A DNA stretch of 56,107 nt, the filler included, from Sluysia triapertura (Eukaryota), in assembly GCA_046118255.1 (NCBI GenBank). It is 4 parts of 4 records of this genome, joined end to end, with 100 filler letters (N's around TTAATTAATTAA, not from the genome) between each part and the next. Parts side by side here need not be neighbours in the genome. Positions count along the whole stretch, not along the records: positions 16,809 to 30,190 come from JBJNIA010043462.1; 3 more parts are not named here. One strand, given 5' to 3'. The notes under the pieces are model-generated. The model made no database searches. It was given only the letters and a program-made list of their open reading frames with translations, and was not told the DNA's origin. Positions within the stretch are counted from its first letter, which is position 1; each line of letters begins with the position of its first letter. Position numbers and translations under genes: made by a program. Shown in pieces: positions 16,990 to 28,843 of this stretch.

Positions 16990-17520
16990 TAATCTTACTT
17001 CATTAATTTGATTTTCGTCATCAAATGTAGCATAAATTATAAATGATCTTGGTTTTGTCAATCCATTTACGAATTTAAAATCAAATCATAGTATAAATCA
17101 AGTCATTATATTTTGAGTCAAAGTAATGAATTCAAAACATCATTGTTATTAAAATATCTTTTTTCTAATCATTTTGAATCTAATCATTTAATTTAAAATT
17201 TAAAAAAATTGAAGTTGTATTTGTGATTACAAGTTTAACTTGACGAATATCATACATTACATTTGATATTTCTAGACCTAACTGATTATTAGTTAAAACC
17301 AAAGAATGTTAGCAACTAAACATTGTACGAAAATTCAATTATTACAGCTTCGAGTAATTTCTATTGGATTCATATAGTCTATCATAAAAGACTTGCATTA
17401 TTATCCTGGTAAAGTTAAATTAAAATTTTAGTATTCACTTTATAATTTATGCAAAATTAATGTTGTTTATAGTGAGTGGACAACTATTGCTTAGGAATAT
17501 TAAATGAAAACTTTTAGTAC
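16990..17520 (-). pseudogene. Decayed Polinton/adintovirus minor capsid (penton)-like N-terminus
   Basis: SNSCPLT ... NNAS ... IDYMNPIEI ... IIEFSYN resembles L.SNS....P.N..S.F......PI.L...WEVAL.E. It lies directly downstream of the integrase. Confidence 0.55.
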
Positions 17521-17549
17521 TTTTTAATGATAATAAATAGATTACTTTG

Positions 17550-18260
17550 ACGTTTACGCCACTAATTCAGATCCAAATTTCCTATATCCAACTCCCTTAA
17601 CAAGTAACTTTTGGTTTTTCTTTTGTCTTTAGTTTCTAAATTGATTCAATACTATAAATTATGCGTTTTTAGATAAAACTTGTAATTCTTCATAAAATTT
17701 AACTTGTACCGTCATCTTTCAATACATATATATAAGAAAATTTAGTCTTATACAAATTTCATGATTTTGAAACAGTACATCACTCTAATTGCTAAAGTTC
17801 TTTATGAATGGAGTTGTTGAAATTTTTATATTCTTACATAGTCACAAATTTTATATTTGGGTTTATTTTTTGTTTGTTTTAAATTATGGTTTTGCCACAT
17901 TTCCATAAAGTTAGTTGAAATAATAAATTTAAGTTTATGTCCATCAAATCTTCAATGTTTACTGTGACTATATGCATGAATTATATTAATACATGATTAA
18001 TTACCTTGTTTTGTAAAATATTTCTTTATCTGTCTCTTATAATATGATTAAATCGTTCAATTAATGCCGCTTTGAACTGACTAGACATTGAATAATCATT
18101 AATTCTATGTTTTACATCTTTACAGGTATATCGCTTTTAATTACTGCTTCACTTATATCTATATCACTCTTTATTTAACTGACACTGCTGTTAAAAATCT
18201 TGAAAATATATCAGTAGATGTACACATTCATTGAGACATGCTTGTGGAAAATCTAGAAAC
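17550..18260 (-). mobile_element. Decayed Polinton/Maverick retroviral-type integrase with C-terminal chromodomain
   Basis: Motifs occur in the expected order: DIFSRFLTAVSVK*KS, YSMSSQFKAALIERFNHII, KYFTKQGN, KNKPKYKICDYVRI, FYEELQ, KLLVKGVGY. Confidence 0.85.
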
Positions 18261-18948
18261 AAATATTCGTGTGCTATTTTTGTTTCATTATGAAAAACAT
18301 TTATTTAAAATAATTTGTTGCCCTAAATAATCTATTACAGGATATTTAAAGATCACTAAGTAATGGAATTTAAATTTCCAGTACAATGATTACCACCTTG
18401 ATGAAACAGATTTGAGCTACTTTAATAAATTAATTATTAAAATCATCCTCTATGAGTCATAAATAATTTTGTTCATAATGGGATTTCTTTACCATTATGT
18501 AATAGGTTTTAGGATACTTAATGTGAAAAACGTTGTAAAATATTTTAAGACTTACGAGGTTTAAATTGAGAATTATGTTGTTATGAACTTACCTTTTGTT
18601 ATAAAGTTAAGTATAATGAGTTCGGTCATCATAAATAAAAAGTAATTTGTAATTTGATAATACGTACTGTAAATGTTTGTTTAAACCAAGAATATACATG
18701 AATATTTAATTTAAAATTCAATATTTTAATAAACAAAACTATATAGTCTATTTGATATCTTAATTGATATTTTGTATGAAATTATTTAATGATGTTTGTT
18801 TAAGTATGTTATTATTATTATTATTATTTTCTAAATGATGTTCTAAGTGATTCCTTGAAGATTAACAAGTGTTACTTAAAAATAAAATCTATAGAGCATT
18901 TGCTTTTTTGCTGAATAAACCGAATTTTTCGTTTTCTTCTATCATTTA

Positions 18949-19107
18949 TGTTAGACTTCGTAAAATGGACTGACCGGAGATCGAACCCGGGACCATCGTC
19001 TGCGCAGTCGATGCTCTACCACTGAGTTATCAGCCCCGTCTAACAATTTCAGATTTTAATATATTCAATTATACTATTTGGCACTTTTTAGGCCTTTTAT
19101 CCTAACA
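18949..19107 (-). mobile_element. Short element with TGTTAG..CTAACA termini containing a tRNA-like Pol III unit (18966-19036)
   Basis: Minus strand shows acceptor stem GGGCTGA/TCAGTCC, A-box TAACTCAGTGGTAGAGC, T-arm CCGGG-TTCGATC-TCCGG, then TTTT. Flanks are CATTTA / CATTAA. Confidence 0.8.
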
Positions 19108-19490
19108 CATTAACAGATGTAATGATTTTAAAATAATTTTTGACAAAAAAATGTCTAATCACAATCCAATAAACTAAAAGGAAAATGAAATCTTATTAAT
19201 GTTTGATTCCGAATTTAATAATTATTTTACCAAAAAATATAATATTGATTTATTACGTCAAAAATGTCTAGTAGAAATCATATTTAAATTTAAGTTACTT
19301 ATTACTCGTGAAGAAACAGTATATGTCATTGTAACATTACAAGTAATGATCACACCATGTGGACAGTAGATATAAATGTCCGGGTCTGTAATGCAACATA
19401 TCTCATTCAATTCAATTATGTTTGATCTCAAACATTATATATATCATTAATTCAACTTCCGAAGGCTATTCGACTTGTGGGCTCACCAAA

Positions 19491-19535
19491 TGTTAGGCTT
19501 CAACAAATGGGCTGACCAGGATTCGAACCTGGTCA
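19491..19535 (-). mobile_element. Truncated copy of the tRNA-like element
   Basis: TGTTAGGCTTCAACAAATGGGCTGACCAGGATTCGAACCTGG aligns to the start of the 18949 copy. Confidence 0.7.
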
Positions 19536-19572
19536 AAGAATAAAGAGTTTAGTCATTTCTTTGTTAATATAT

Positions 19573-20081
19573 CAGGGATGGCAAGCCATTTTTCATGACC
19601 GTGCCACAAAGTCAAAAAAATTCTTTTAAATAGGTAACGTGTCTCAATAAAATTCGAAATGTTAGCGTGGTGAAACTAAATGTAAATATAATTAAATAAA
19701 TAAATAAAAGCGATTCTTTAAACAATTTTTTATTAATCAATTCGAATAATATTAATCAAGCGGCAACATGCAATAACACTAAAAGGCGAAACTGGATACG
19801 CAAAAAATTTATCTAATACGTATCTTTATACATTTCGAGAGAATTCATGCGATATTTTAATAATAAAATATATAATTTGACTGTCTAGTTAACATACTAA
19901 AATAGGTATTCAGTACTACAAATTTATATCATAAATTATAAATTAAGTGTAGATTAATAATTTTTAATTCATTTATATCAAAAAAGATAACTTATAAAAG
20001 AATAATTTTGTTCTTGTGCGTGCCATCAAAACTTCCAAACGTGCCACTTGTGGCACGCGTGCCATTAGTTCACCATCCCTG
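19573..20081. mobile_element. Non-autonomous hAT (Buster/Charlie-type) MITE
   Basis: TIRs CAGGGATGGCAAGCCA / TAGTTCACCATCCCTG; subterminal GTGCCACTTGTGGCACGCGTGCCA; degenerate 8-bp flanks TAATATAT/ATATGTAT. Confidence 0.85.
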
Positions 20082-21389
20082 ATATGTATGATTAGAAAAA
20101 TTTATGCCTAGATAAAGAGGTGCAAAGAAATGATTTCGCCATTTTTTCTTCATTCTAATAAATATTAATTATTAAGGCCACGTCTTAGATGATATTAGTC
20201 ATTAAAAATTTAATCGCTGAGTGCATATTAAAAGTTTATGCATTAGTTACTTTTGCAAATGGTAAATTCAGAATTTCTTATCCAATCAGAATCTAAATTG
20301 ATTGCATACAGTCGACGCAATTAATTTATACAAGCTATCAACTAAGCTAAGTAACCAATGCATGTTTGAACCTAAATTTTTTCTGCCTTCCGTTATTTTT
20401 TTCTGGTGGTAAAATTATTCATTTTATTAAAAGCTTTCAATTCGCTAAGATGGTAAAAAGGTTTAAAATGCTTTGGTGCCTAATTTTTAATTGCATAATT
20501 TCAAGTAAAAAAGTAGTATATTAATTAGTGCATTTAGAAAAATCATTTTGTTACTTTTAATAAATATTAAATGTCAAATGAACCTACTCCAGTGCTACAG
20601 TCAATTCCAAGTAGCTCTCTGAAATGGAGGGATTACTTAGCATTATTGAGGGTCGGCATATTATCGAACATTTGATGACGAATATATTACGCACTCACTA
20701 GAGAGTCTTAATAAATGTAAATTTTTAATTTTAGTTTATTTTTAGATTTAGAAAATTTGCTTGGATCGTTCACAATTGTTACAGAAGTTCAAAAATACTG
20801 TCTGAAAGAAATAATAATTTGTGTAACATTTATTTCAAAATATATTTCGTTTGAAAAAATTTTTATTTTGGCATGAGTTTTGGGATAAAATATTTTTATT
20901 ATTTCCGTAAAATCATTTTAAATAAAACTTTTATTCATTGTACATAAACATTTAAAAAGTCAAAACTTATAAGGCAATAAAAGCATAAACATTGCATGAA
21001 CTAAATATTAATATTAATAGTGTGACTAAAGAACCAAAAAGAATTATACGTAATAGAGTACGTCCAGATTAAGAACACAATAAGAATTTAGGATGATACA
21101 CATTTAATGACACATGTGTAGGTCCATACAAACGTTTTAGTAACATGAGTGCAAGTAATCATAAAATTTATCGTGCCACAGGTTTAGAAGTCAAAAATTT
21201 TTAAAATACACAAGTAAGTAATCAGAAAAGCTATAAAAATAAATCAACTTGTTGTGATTGCCCATCTGTAGATTAGGAGATGAGTAAGAAACATATAAAA
21301 TCATAAAATAAAGAAAAAACTGACACAAAGTGATGGATTGAACATGGTAAACATTGTTGGAATAAGAATCATGAAAGTAAAACATCTAT

Positions 21390-21880
21390 AATAATGTTAA
21401 AAGAATACCTTGGAGTTCCAAAGAGCTATGTAAAGGTTTGAGACCCTATGGAAGCTTGAGATGGACTTGAGGAATTGGTAGAAACATTAAGGTACCTTTG
21501 AACTTTAGAACTTTTGAATCAGTGAAGACCTTAGTAACATTTAAGCATTCTTGGAATATCGATAAGCATTTGGAATCCTTTAGTAACCTTATAAAATGTA
21601 TAAAATCTTTAAAATGCTTGAGAAATAAAAACTTTTGTTCAAATTAATAAGGATAAGTTTAACCTAGCAATAATTAACATGAGGAAGTAGAAAAAGGAAT
21701 CAGAGAAGTGAAGGTGAAAACATCTAGAGCCTCCTGAATAAACTACTAAAAAACTTTAGAACCTCATTAAAACCTTTAAACATAGAATAAGATTAAGTTT
21801 AAAAATAGATTAATTAGTTAAAAATCATAATTAACTTAAGTAAGAAAAAGTACATTTTTGTGAATAACTTTTGAATGCAG
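21390..21880 (+). repeat. Dispersed repeat block homologous to 15870-16330
   Basis: Shared TTAACATG(GA/AG)GAAGTAGAAAA and AATAAGATTAAGTYTAAAAATAGATTAATTA...AATTAACTTAA. Confidence 0.75.
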
Positions 21881-22604
21881 AAGGCTATGTTAAATTTGAA
21901 ATTGTGTATGTATTTGTTTTGAAAAGACCTTTCGATGAAGGTATGGTTTGAAAAGCCTTAATATTGAGCAAAGTTAAATTTTAATTAATTTTTAATTATG
22001 AAATGTTGAATTTTTATACTTAGAGTGATGCAAATGGATTATGAGATGATTGCTATGAAAGAGGAAAATCCATAAGTGAACTCGAAATGTTTGTAATATG
22101 GTTCGTTTTAGAATAAGAACCTTAAAACATTTTTCATTAGAAAATTGGGTGTGAAAAATAGAAAATCAATTAAATCCTAAAAAGTGAAATTAAATTGATT
22201 ATTTTTATGTATATTAATAATATTGTTGATTGTTATTTTAATGTGAGAATTAATTTAAGTAAAAATAGATTGAGTAGAGTAAAATATAATGATGGTTGAT
22301 AATAAATCAGATTTATATGTTTTCTACACAATAAAGTTTGACAGACCGTACGATGTAGTTGTCAAGGTTGTTATTGTCGGTCTGATCCTCAAAGAGGTTT
22401 GGATGATTTGTGCGAGAGAATGTTTGGTTGTGAGAATGTGAATTGAATGGATGATGAGAGAGTATAAAATAAAGATTTCTAAATTTTTTACACACAATAA
22501 CAAAATAACAACCATAACAATTATGATGATAGATATGAAGATCCATGCTTAGGGTAAAGTTCTTAATTTGAATAATTTTAATATTGTCATTTTTAGTTAA
22601 TTTT

Positions 22605-22910
22605 AAAGCTATTTTTAAGGTGAGTTGATAAGAAACTACCTTCGCAATTTTTGTTAAAAACTATTTTTAAGATAATTAATTGAGAAACATTTTACGTAAT
22701 TTTTGTTGAAGATTATATTTAAATCATATTTGATTTTCCGCTATTTTTAAGGTGGATTGATAAGAGACTCCCTATGTAATTTTTGTTAAGACTATATTTG
22801 ATTTTTAGTTATTTTTAAGGTAATTAATTGAGAAACAGTTTGCGTAATTTTTGTTGAAGATTATATTTAAATCATATTTGATTTTCAGTTATTTTTAAGG
22901 TGAATTGAAT
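22605..22910. repeat. Imperfect minisatellite (units starting GCTATTTTTAAGGT, about 55-75 bp)
   Basis: Five TATTTTTAAG(G/A)T..TTGA..GA..C....CGTAATTTTTGTT units. Confidence 0.85.
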
Positions 22911-23538
22911 ACAAACTCACTGTCCAATTTATTCTATCAAAATATTAAGTATTTTGTCTCTAGAAATTACCATTAAGTTTTTCTGTAAAGTTATTACCAA
23001 ATAATTTTATTGTTTTCATAATCACTCTTGTTACATTGACCAAAAATATTTAAATAACATAATTTCTATTAATTTTTTAGATATTGATATTGTTAGTGTC
23101 TGTTGCGTCACTCCTGGTTGTCTTGTCTTAATTAGATTGTAATATCTTGGATCATATTATAAACGCTATTGTTATTTTTTTATTTTAGTACTCAGTATTT
23201 GGTAAAAATTCTTATTGATAATAAATAATATTACTTTGGTAATGTTAATTTTGACTGAAGGTTTAGGTTTAAGTTTAATTGTTGTTTTAAGAAATTTTCT
23301 AAGTTTAGAAAAGGATTATTCTTTAATTTATTTAATAGGTAGTTCAAATTATCTTTGACAATTAATTCACAATTTGAAATGACTTTATGAAATACATTAA
23401 ACAATATATAAAATAATTGACTATAAAATATTTATTATAAAATTGACGATTAATACTTATAATATATAAACTTTTACTTCTGCATAAATCCCTTAGAGTA
23501 TAATCTGTTCCGTTATCTAAAAAAATTTAGAAAAATGA

Positions 23539-24549
23539 TCAATAATTTAATATTATATTAAATATTACTTTATTGGATTTTACATTAAGAGCATTGATTG
23601 AGACTTGTCGAGCCACGGAGTTTATACTTTCATAACGTTTAATATTTTGGCTGTCACTCATAGTATCTACATATTTACATCCATTGCCATACTTTAAGCA
23701 AACCCTTGATTCGTTTGAAGAAGAAGGACAAAAGGAGGTGTAACTGTATTGATGAGAAAAGATATCAATTTTGTAATTTTTTGTGAACAATTAATTTACA
23801 TTTATGTAAGTGACATAGAATGGTTGGATAATTTTAAAATATTTATTCTCTCTACTTAAAAAAACTTGATCAGAGTACTTGTCTTTGGTATGATCTAGGA
23901 TCGAACTATTAAACACTATTTTATGTTTAAATAAATTATTAAAATAAATTTTGTTATAAAACTTTAAATAATAATTAATTGGTAGTCTAACTAAAGTTTT
24001 ATCATGATCTTGTTTATGTTCTAAGTAACTCACTGATAGTTTCGTTACGTCTTTATGATAAGCTTGATAGTATACGTAGCGGCTCCTAGGTAGTTTGACC
24101 AGACCTTTGTCATCATCTCGTTCATATGTTAAGTGACACATTAGTAGTTGAATTATATTTTTATGATCGGTCTGATAATGTACATAACGATTCGTAAATA
24201 GTTCGATGGACTCATTCTCATCATCTTGGTTATTCACTAAATAACTCAAAATTAGTTTAATTACATATTTACGATTGTGATGATTAAGTCCTAAATGGTT
24301 TAACAGTAGTTTAATTATATCTTTACGATGAACTTGATCAAGTACTAAATAGTTCGAAGATAATTTATTTACATCATAATGATTATCTTTATGAAGTACT
24401 AAATAATTCAAAGACAATTTATTTACAACATCACGATTATCTTTAACATGATTGTCATAGTTATAGCATTCAATATCAAAGTGATTGACTTTAAATTCAT
24501 CATCGTGGATACAATAGTTAGAGTCATATAGCATTTTGAAACCAGTCAA
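23539..24549 (-). pseudogene. Repeat-protein ORF (~336 codons, one in-frame stop) with about nine 18-aa repeats
   Basis: ORFs 23791-24549 and 23539-23790 are contiguous and in the same frame. Repeats include HKDNHYDVNKLSSNYLVL, DQVHRKDIIKLLLNHLGL and YQAYHKDVTKLSVSYLEH. Confidence 0.6.
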
Positions 24550-24628
24550 CTTTATTTTTATAAATTCTTTTTTGAGAAGTTAAGAAAAAATTTTTGTGAG
24601 TATTAAAATTGTGATCAATATTGTGTTC

Positions 24629-24805
24629 TGATTGGTTGTCCAACCAGGAAAATATAAAAATAACGAAAAATTGATTCTCGTTGGACAACCAGTAATAATG
24701 TTTATAATGAAATAAATGACAGATGAACCACCATCAATGTTGATGTGAATTTATACACAGTGATCAGTAATGTCACATTGATGGTGGTAGTTACTGATGT
24801 GACCA
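24629..24805. promoter_or_regulatory. CCAAT-palindrome-like motif plus ACCACCATCAATGT..ACATTGATGGTGGT inverted repeat upstream of the repeat ORF
   Basis: Seen directly; similar to 9049-9150. Confidence 0.45.
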
Positions 24806-25099
24806 AAAATTAATAATTTTTGCAAATTAAAATGATTAAAATAAATTAGAATTAAAACTGTGATAATAATAATAATAACAATACTAGTATTATTATCATT
24901 ATTCTACAACAAAACATAAATTTCTACATTTCTCATAAATCAAAAGATCTTTCTTTTTGAATCTTAGTTTTCTCGACATATTAGACTGCAGAATTAAAAT
25001 AGATATAATGATAAAGATGAAGATAAAAATGGTGATAATAATAACAATGAAGGTGTTATTATTATCTTGAGAACACATAAAGTCTTTGTCGTGTGAATT

Positions 25100-25544
25100 A
25101 AACATAAACTTTCTTTTATGATCTTAAAGATATTCTCGACATATTTAAATCTATTGAAATAGGATAGATTTTAAAGAAAAAATTATGAATTTATGATGTT
25201 AAACATCATGATATGTTGAGAGTGAATTTAGAATGCTTGGATAGCTCTGAAGATGTTTGTTGGTTAATATCCAGTTTGATTGTGATTGAATTTTTTTGAG
25301 ATAAAAGACAAAATACTTTAGATGATTTTTTATGTGATTTAATGGTTTAGAATGAATTGTGGTTTGGATGTTATGAGATTAAGTGTTTAATTGATTTTGA
25401 CGGATGAGGACGTTTTAGTGGATGTAAAGGAGATAAATATGGGAGTATAAAAATGTTTAAGAGTATGTTTTTATGAGCATTGTGTTGATTTATTGAATGT
25501 GATTTGTAGAAAATGATTATTATGGAAATAGGTTGGCCACTACA
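25100..25544 (-). mobile_element. Element 5' end (TGTAGTGGCCAACC) and CA-rich leader
   Basis: Terminus shared with 16885; strong strand skew like the leaders at 12541 and 38890. Confidence 0.55.
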
Positions 25545-26148
25545 ATTACGATTTTTTGTTTAATAGTACATTATTGTCTTAGCTTTGATTTGATTCACAA
25601 GAACTTAAATTTGGGATAATAGTTATTAATATTATAAAAGAAGATTACTGAAAAAATTATACTTGATATATTGACTATTTAAATTATTAAGGTTTGGTTA
25701 AGCTAATCAAGTTAATATTGAGTCGTAATAGCTAATAATTTTAAAGACGCAACATTATGATTATTTGGATATTATTTTGGAAAAAGCCAAAATGATTGAA
25801 GAATATAAAAAATTCATCCAGTTACTAAATATATTCAATTTAACGAACCGCATGAAATTTAAAACTCAAATGTGGTTTTTATTAATATTTAAGTCTAAAC
25901 CTAAGACAAAATTGAAAATGAAGCAGAGTTCGGTTAAGGTTAAAAATTTACTTACTAACTTTAATATTAAAACTCGTCTGAGTATTTAATAAATTTATTA
26001 ATTAATTTACTGTGGATTTTAACCCTCAATATACCAGGGAACCTTAAAATTATTAGCAATTCATTTTAAGTCTATTTTATGATATTAATTCCCTTACACG
26101 AAATCAATATCGACCTTAACAAAACTAAGTTACTTTTTCATGGAAAAT

Positions 26149-26360
26149 GTTCTAGAACATTCTAGAAGCTTCTATGCTATTTATAGAAGCTAATTTTCTT
26201 TTTTAGAATTTTTATTTTCTTTTTTAGAAAAAATAATTTCTTTTTTGGAACATAATTTTTTTAAATTAATTTTAGAATATTTTTTATGATTTTAAATAAT
26301 TTTAAGGCGTTATTATGTCATCTTAAAATTATTTTGTAGGGTTGTGATGACAACCTAACA
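26149..26360. mobile_element. HSE-bearing dispersed repeat, copy 2
   Basis: gTTCt aGAAc aTTCt aGAAg cTTCt at 26149-26173; ends GGTTGTGATGACAACCTAACA. Confidence 0.7.
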
Positions 26361-28194
26361 AATCTTAGATTAAAATTTAACATTATGTTACAATTTAAAA
26401 GAAACATCATTTTAATTATTATTATCATTAATATTATTTTTAACATTAATAGTATTATTATCATTTTTATTATTATTATAATTATTATTGATATTATTAT
26501 TATTAATAATTATATCGAACCATATTAATATACAATCTATTTTTAGATTAAATCAATTTAAGTTACAAAATGTATTTAATTATTATGTTTATAATTTTGA
26601 TTTCAGCTTCGACCAATAACTAATGAATTGTTGAAAAATATATAAAGACACGATTAATGTTTTATTAAGATAACTACAAAGTATAAAATATTTTATGCTT
26701 TTATTAAGAATTTTGATGTTTGTTTATTCTGTAATTGTGTTTTCAAAGTTTAACTATGTAAGATTTATCATCATTTGTCTAAATTAGGACATTTTGATTT
26801 TTTAATTAAACATAAACCTCTACTTCGTTCTATATCAAAAGGTATTTAATGTTGAAATTTTGAATAAACACATAATTTTCAGTTTCAATTTTTCACATGA
26901 TATTTTATAAATAATTTTACTTTGAATTTTCATTTTGATATTTTATTTACCTACAACAATGACGAATTCGAAGGATAATTAATTTTACGAATAACAGTTA
27001 ATTGAAGCTTTATCGAAAACTAATTTATATTACTTTTAATCGTTAGTTTTTTTAACATTGTTTAGTTAATTTTAATTATGAATATAAAATCTAAGTAAAT
27101 TTTTATTAAATTAGTAAAATTTATTACCACACAAATTATTTTTACAAAATGTATACAACTTAGTATTAATATTACATTAATATTAATAAATTGCATAAAA
27201 CATTAATCCTTTCTTTCAACTCGATATATTAATAAAAGTATATATACACTAAATTTGTCTATTATTAACTTTCGATATTTTTGTCTATTATTACTTGTTT
27301 AACTTTATATTTGTCAAATTTACATTAATTTGTATATAATAAATTATTGATTAATTCATTTTGTAATTGTTTGATGGATTCTTGTGAACTGATTTGCGTC
27401 TATTTCTCTGAATAAATATAACAATTTGTTGAATAAATAATTTTATTGAATTTCTTATATTTTGTGACAAAATTATAAAATAAGTTTAAGGGTTTTTCGA
27501 ATAAAATATAAAGTATGTATATCTCCAGTCCTGTTTTCTTTATTTTTCTATTTTTAAGCTGCAAATCTATGTTTTGGCCCTTCAGTAAGTATGTCCAGTA
27601 TGATAGAGCACTCATTTTCTTAACGATAAGAATAAAGAAACTAATTCAAAGCAAATATCTATCTTTAATCACCAAAAACACAACCTAACTAATACTAGTA
27701 CTACTTCATATCGTAAAAAATTAAACAGCAATCGATTTAATAAAAATCGATTTAATTAAATAATAAAAACTCCAAAGTTTCGTGATTGAAAAGTATTTTT
27801 AAGAACATTAGAATAAATAAATATGAAAAACTAAGAATAAAAACTTAATGATTGATTTTTCTAATAATAGTTGATAAATATTGGAAAAAATTAAAACTTT
27901 ACAAGAAAATGACAGAAAAGTGCTACAGATTAAGCAAGAACATCATAGAAGTGCAAAATAACAAATAAACAAAGTAGATTGAAATATGGCTAGAATTATT
28001 ATATGGTTAAAATATAAACAGTGAAAAATATGATATAAGATTAAATTACATATTTGATAGAAAACATTGGTTATGCGATGAAATTGACTATAAAGATAAA
28101 TTGATTATGAAGAAATTATTATGGAGAAAGAAGAAAAATTATTTCCCGAAATTTTTGAAAATATTTTGATTGTGGAACTTACTGAAATTACCAA

Positions 28195-28304
28195 AATAAT
28201 TATTGTTCATTAAAGAATTAAATCATTAAGTCACCAATTAGAATGTTAAATAATTATTGTTCATTAAAGAATTAAATCATTAAGTCACCAATTAGAATGT
28301 TAAA
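28195..28304. repeat. Perfect 54-bp tandem duplication
   Basis: AATAATTATTGTTCATTAAAGAATTAAATCATTAAGTCACCAATTAGAATGTTA x2. Confidence 0.95.
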
Positions 28305-28579
28305 TTAGATTAATTTTAAAGAATTAAAAATGAAACTTTTATAAAGATTAAGTCTAATACAGTATTAACAAATGACATCGTAAGTACAAGTTGGAAAAAT
28401 ATTATTGATAAAAACATAGAAATTGATCGATTATTTATTTAAAGATGGTGCAATTTTATCTGAAAGGGTTTAATATAAGAAAAAAATAAATATTTTAAAA
28501 CATATAGTTTAAATTAAAGGTATTTAATTTTGTCAATAATTTTAATCGCGCAGATAATTCATATAAATGTCCAATATAT

Positions 28580-28843
28580 AATAGGTGCATCAGGTGCACT
28601 CGCACAGGCCTGAAGGGACCCCTTAGATGTCCGGCAAATGAATGCATGTGCTCCCACCGAAAATTTATGTATTCTCACGGTATTTTTATAATCGTTTTCT
28701 AATCTATGAATTTGCTGTTTGGTTTTTATTTTATATAAATTTTTTAGTTACGTATATAATTTTTGCATTATATATAGAACTGTTTTTTTGGTGCTATAGA
28801 GAGTCCGAATTTAATACCTTACCAAAGGCTAGTTACGGTACTG
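28580..28843. mobile_element. Degenerate hAT-like MITE
   Basis: Right end GGCTAGTTACGGTACTG (CAGTRCCGTAACTAG-type TIR); GC-rich left part GGTGCATCAGGTGCACTCGCACAGGCC. The left TIR is not recognisable. Confidence 0.45.

Noticed and set aside
18966-19036. Functional tRNA gene
   Set aside because: The anticodon arm is non-canonical (mismatch, 6-nt loop) and differs between copies; it is embedded in a dispersed repeat.
20570-20830. GC-richer patch with a GT..AG pair resembling exons
   Set aside because: All + strand frames contain stops and no motif was recognised.
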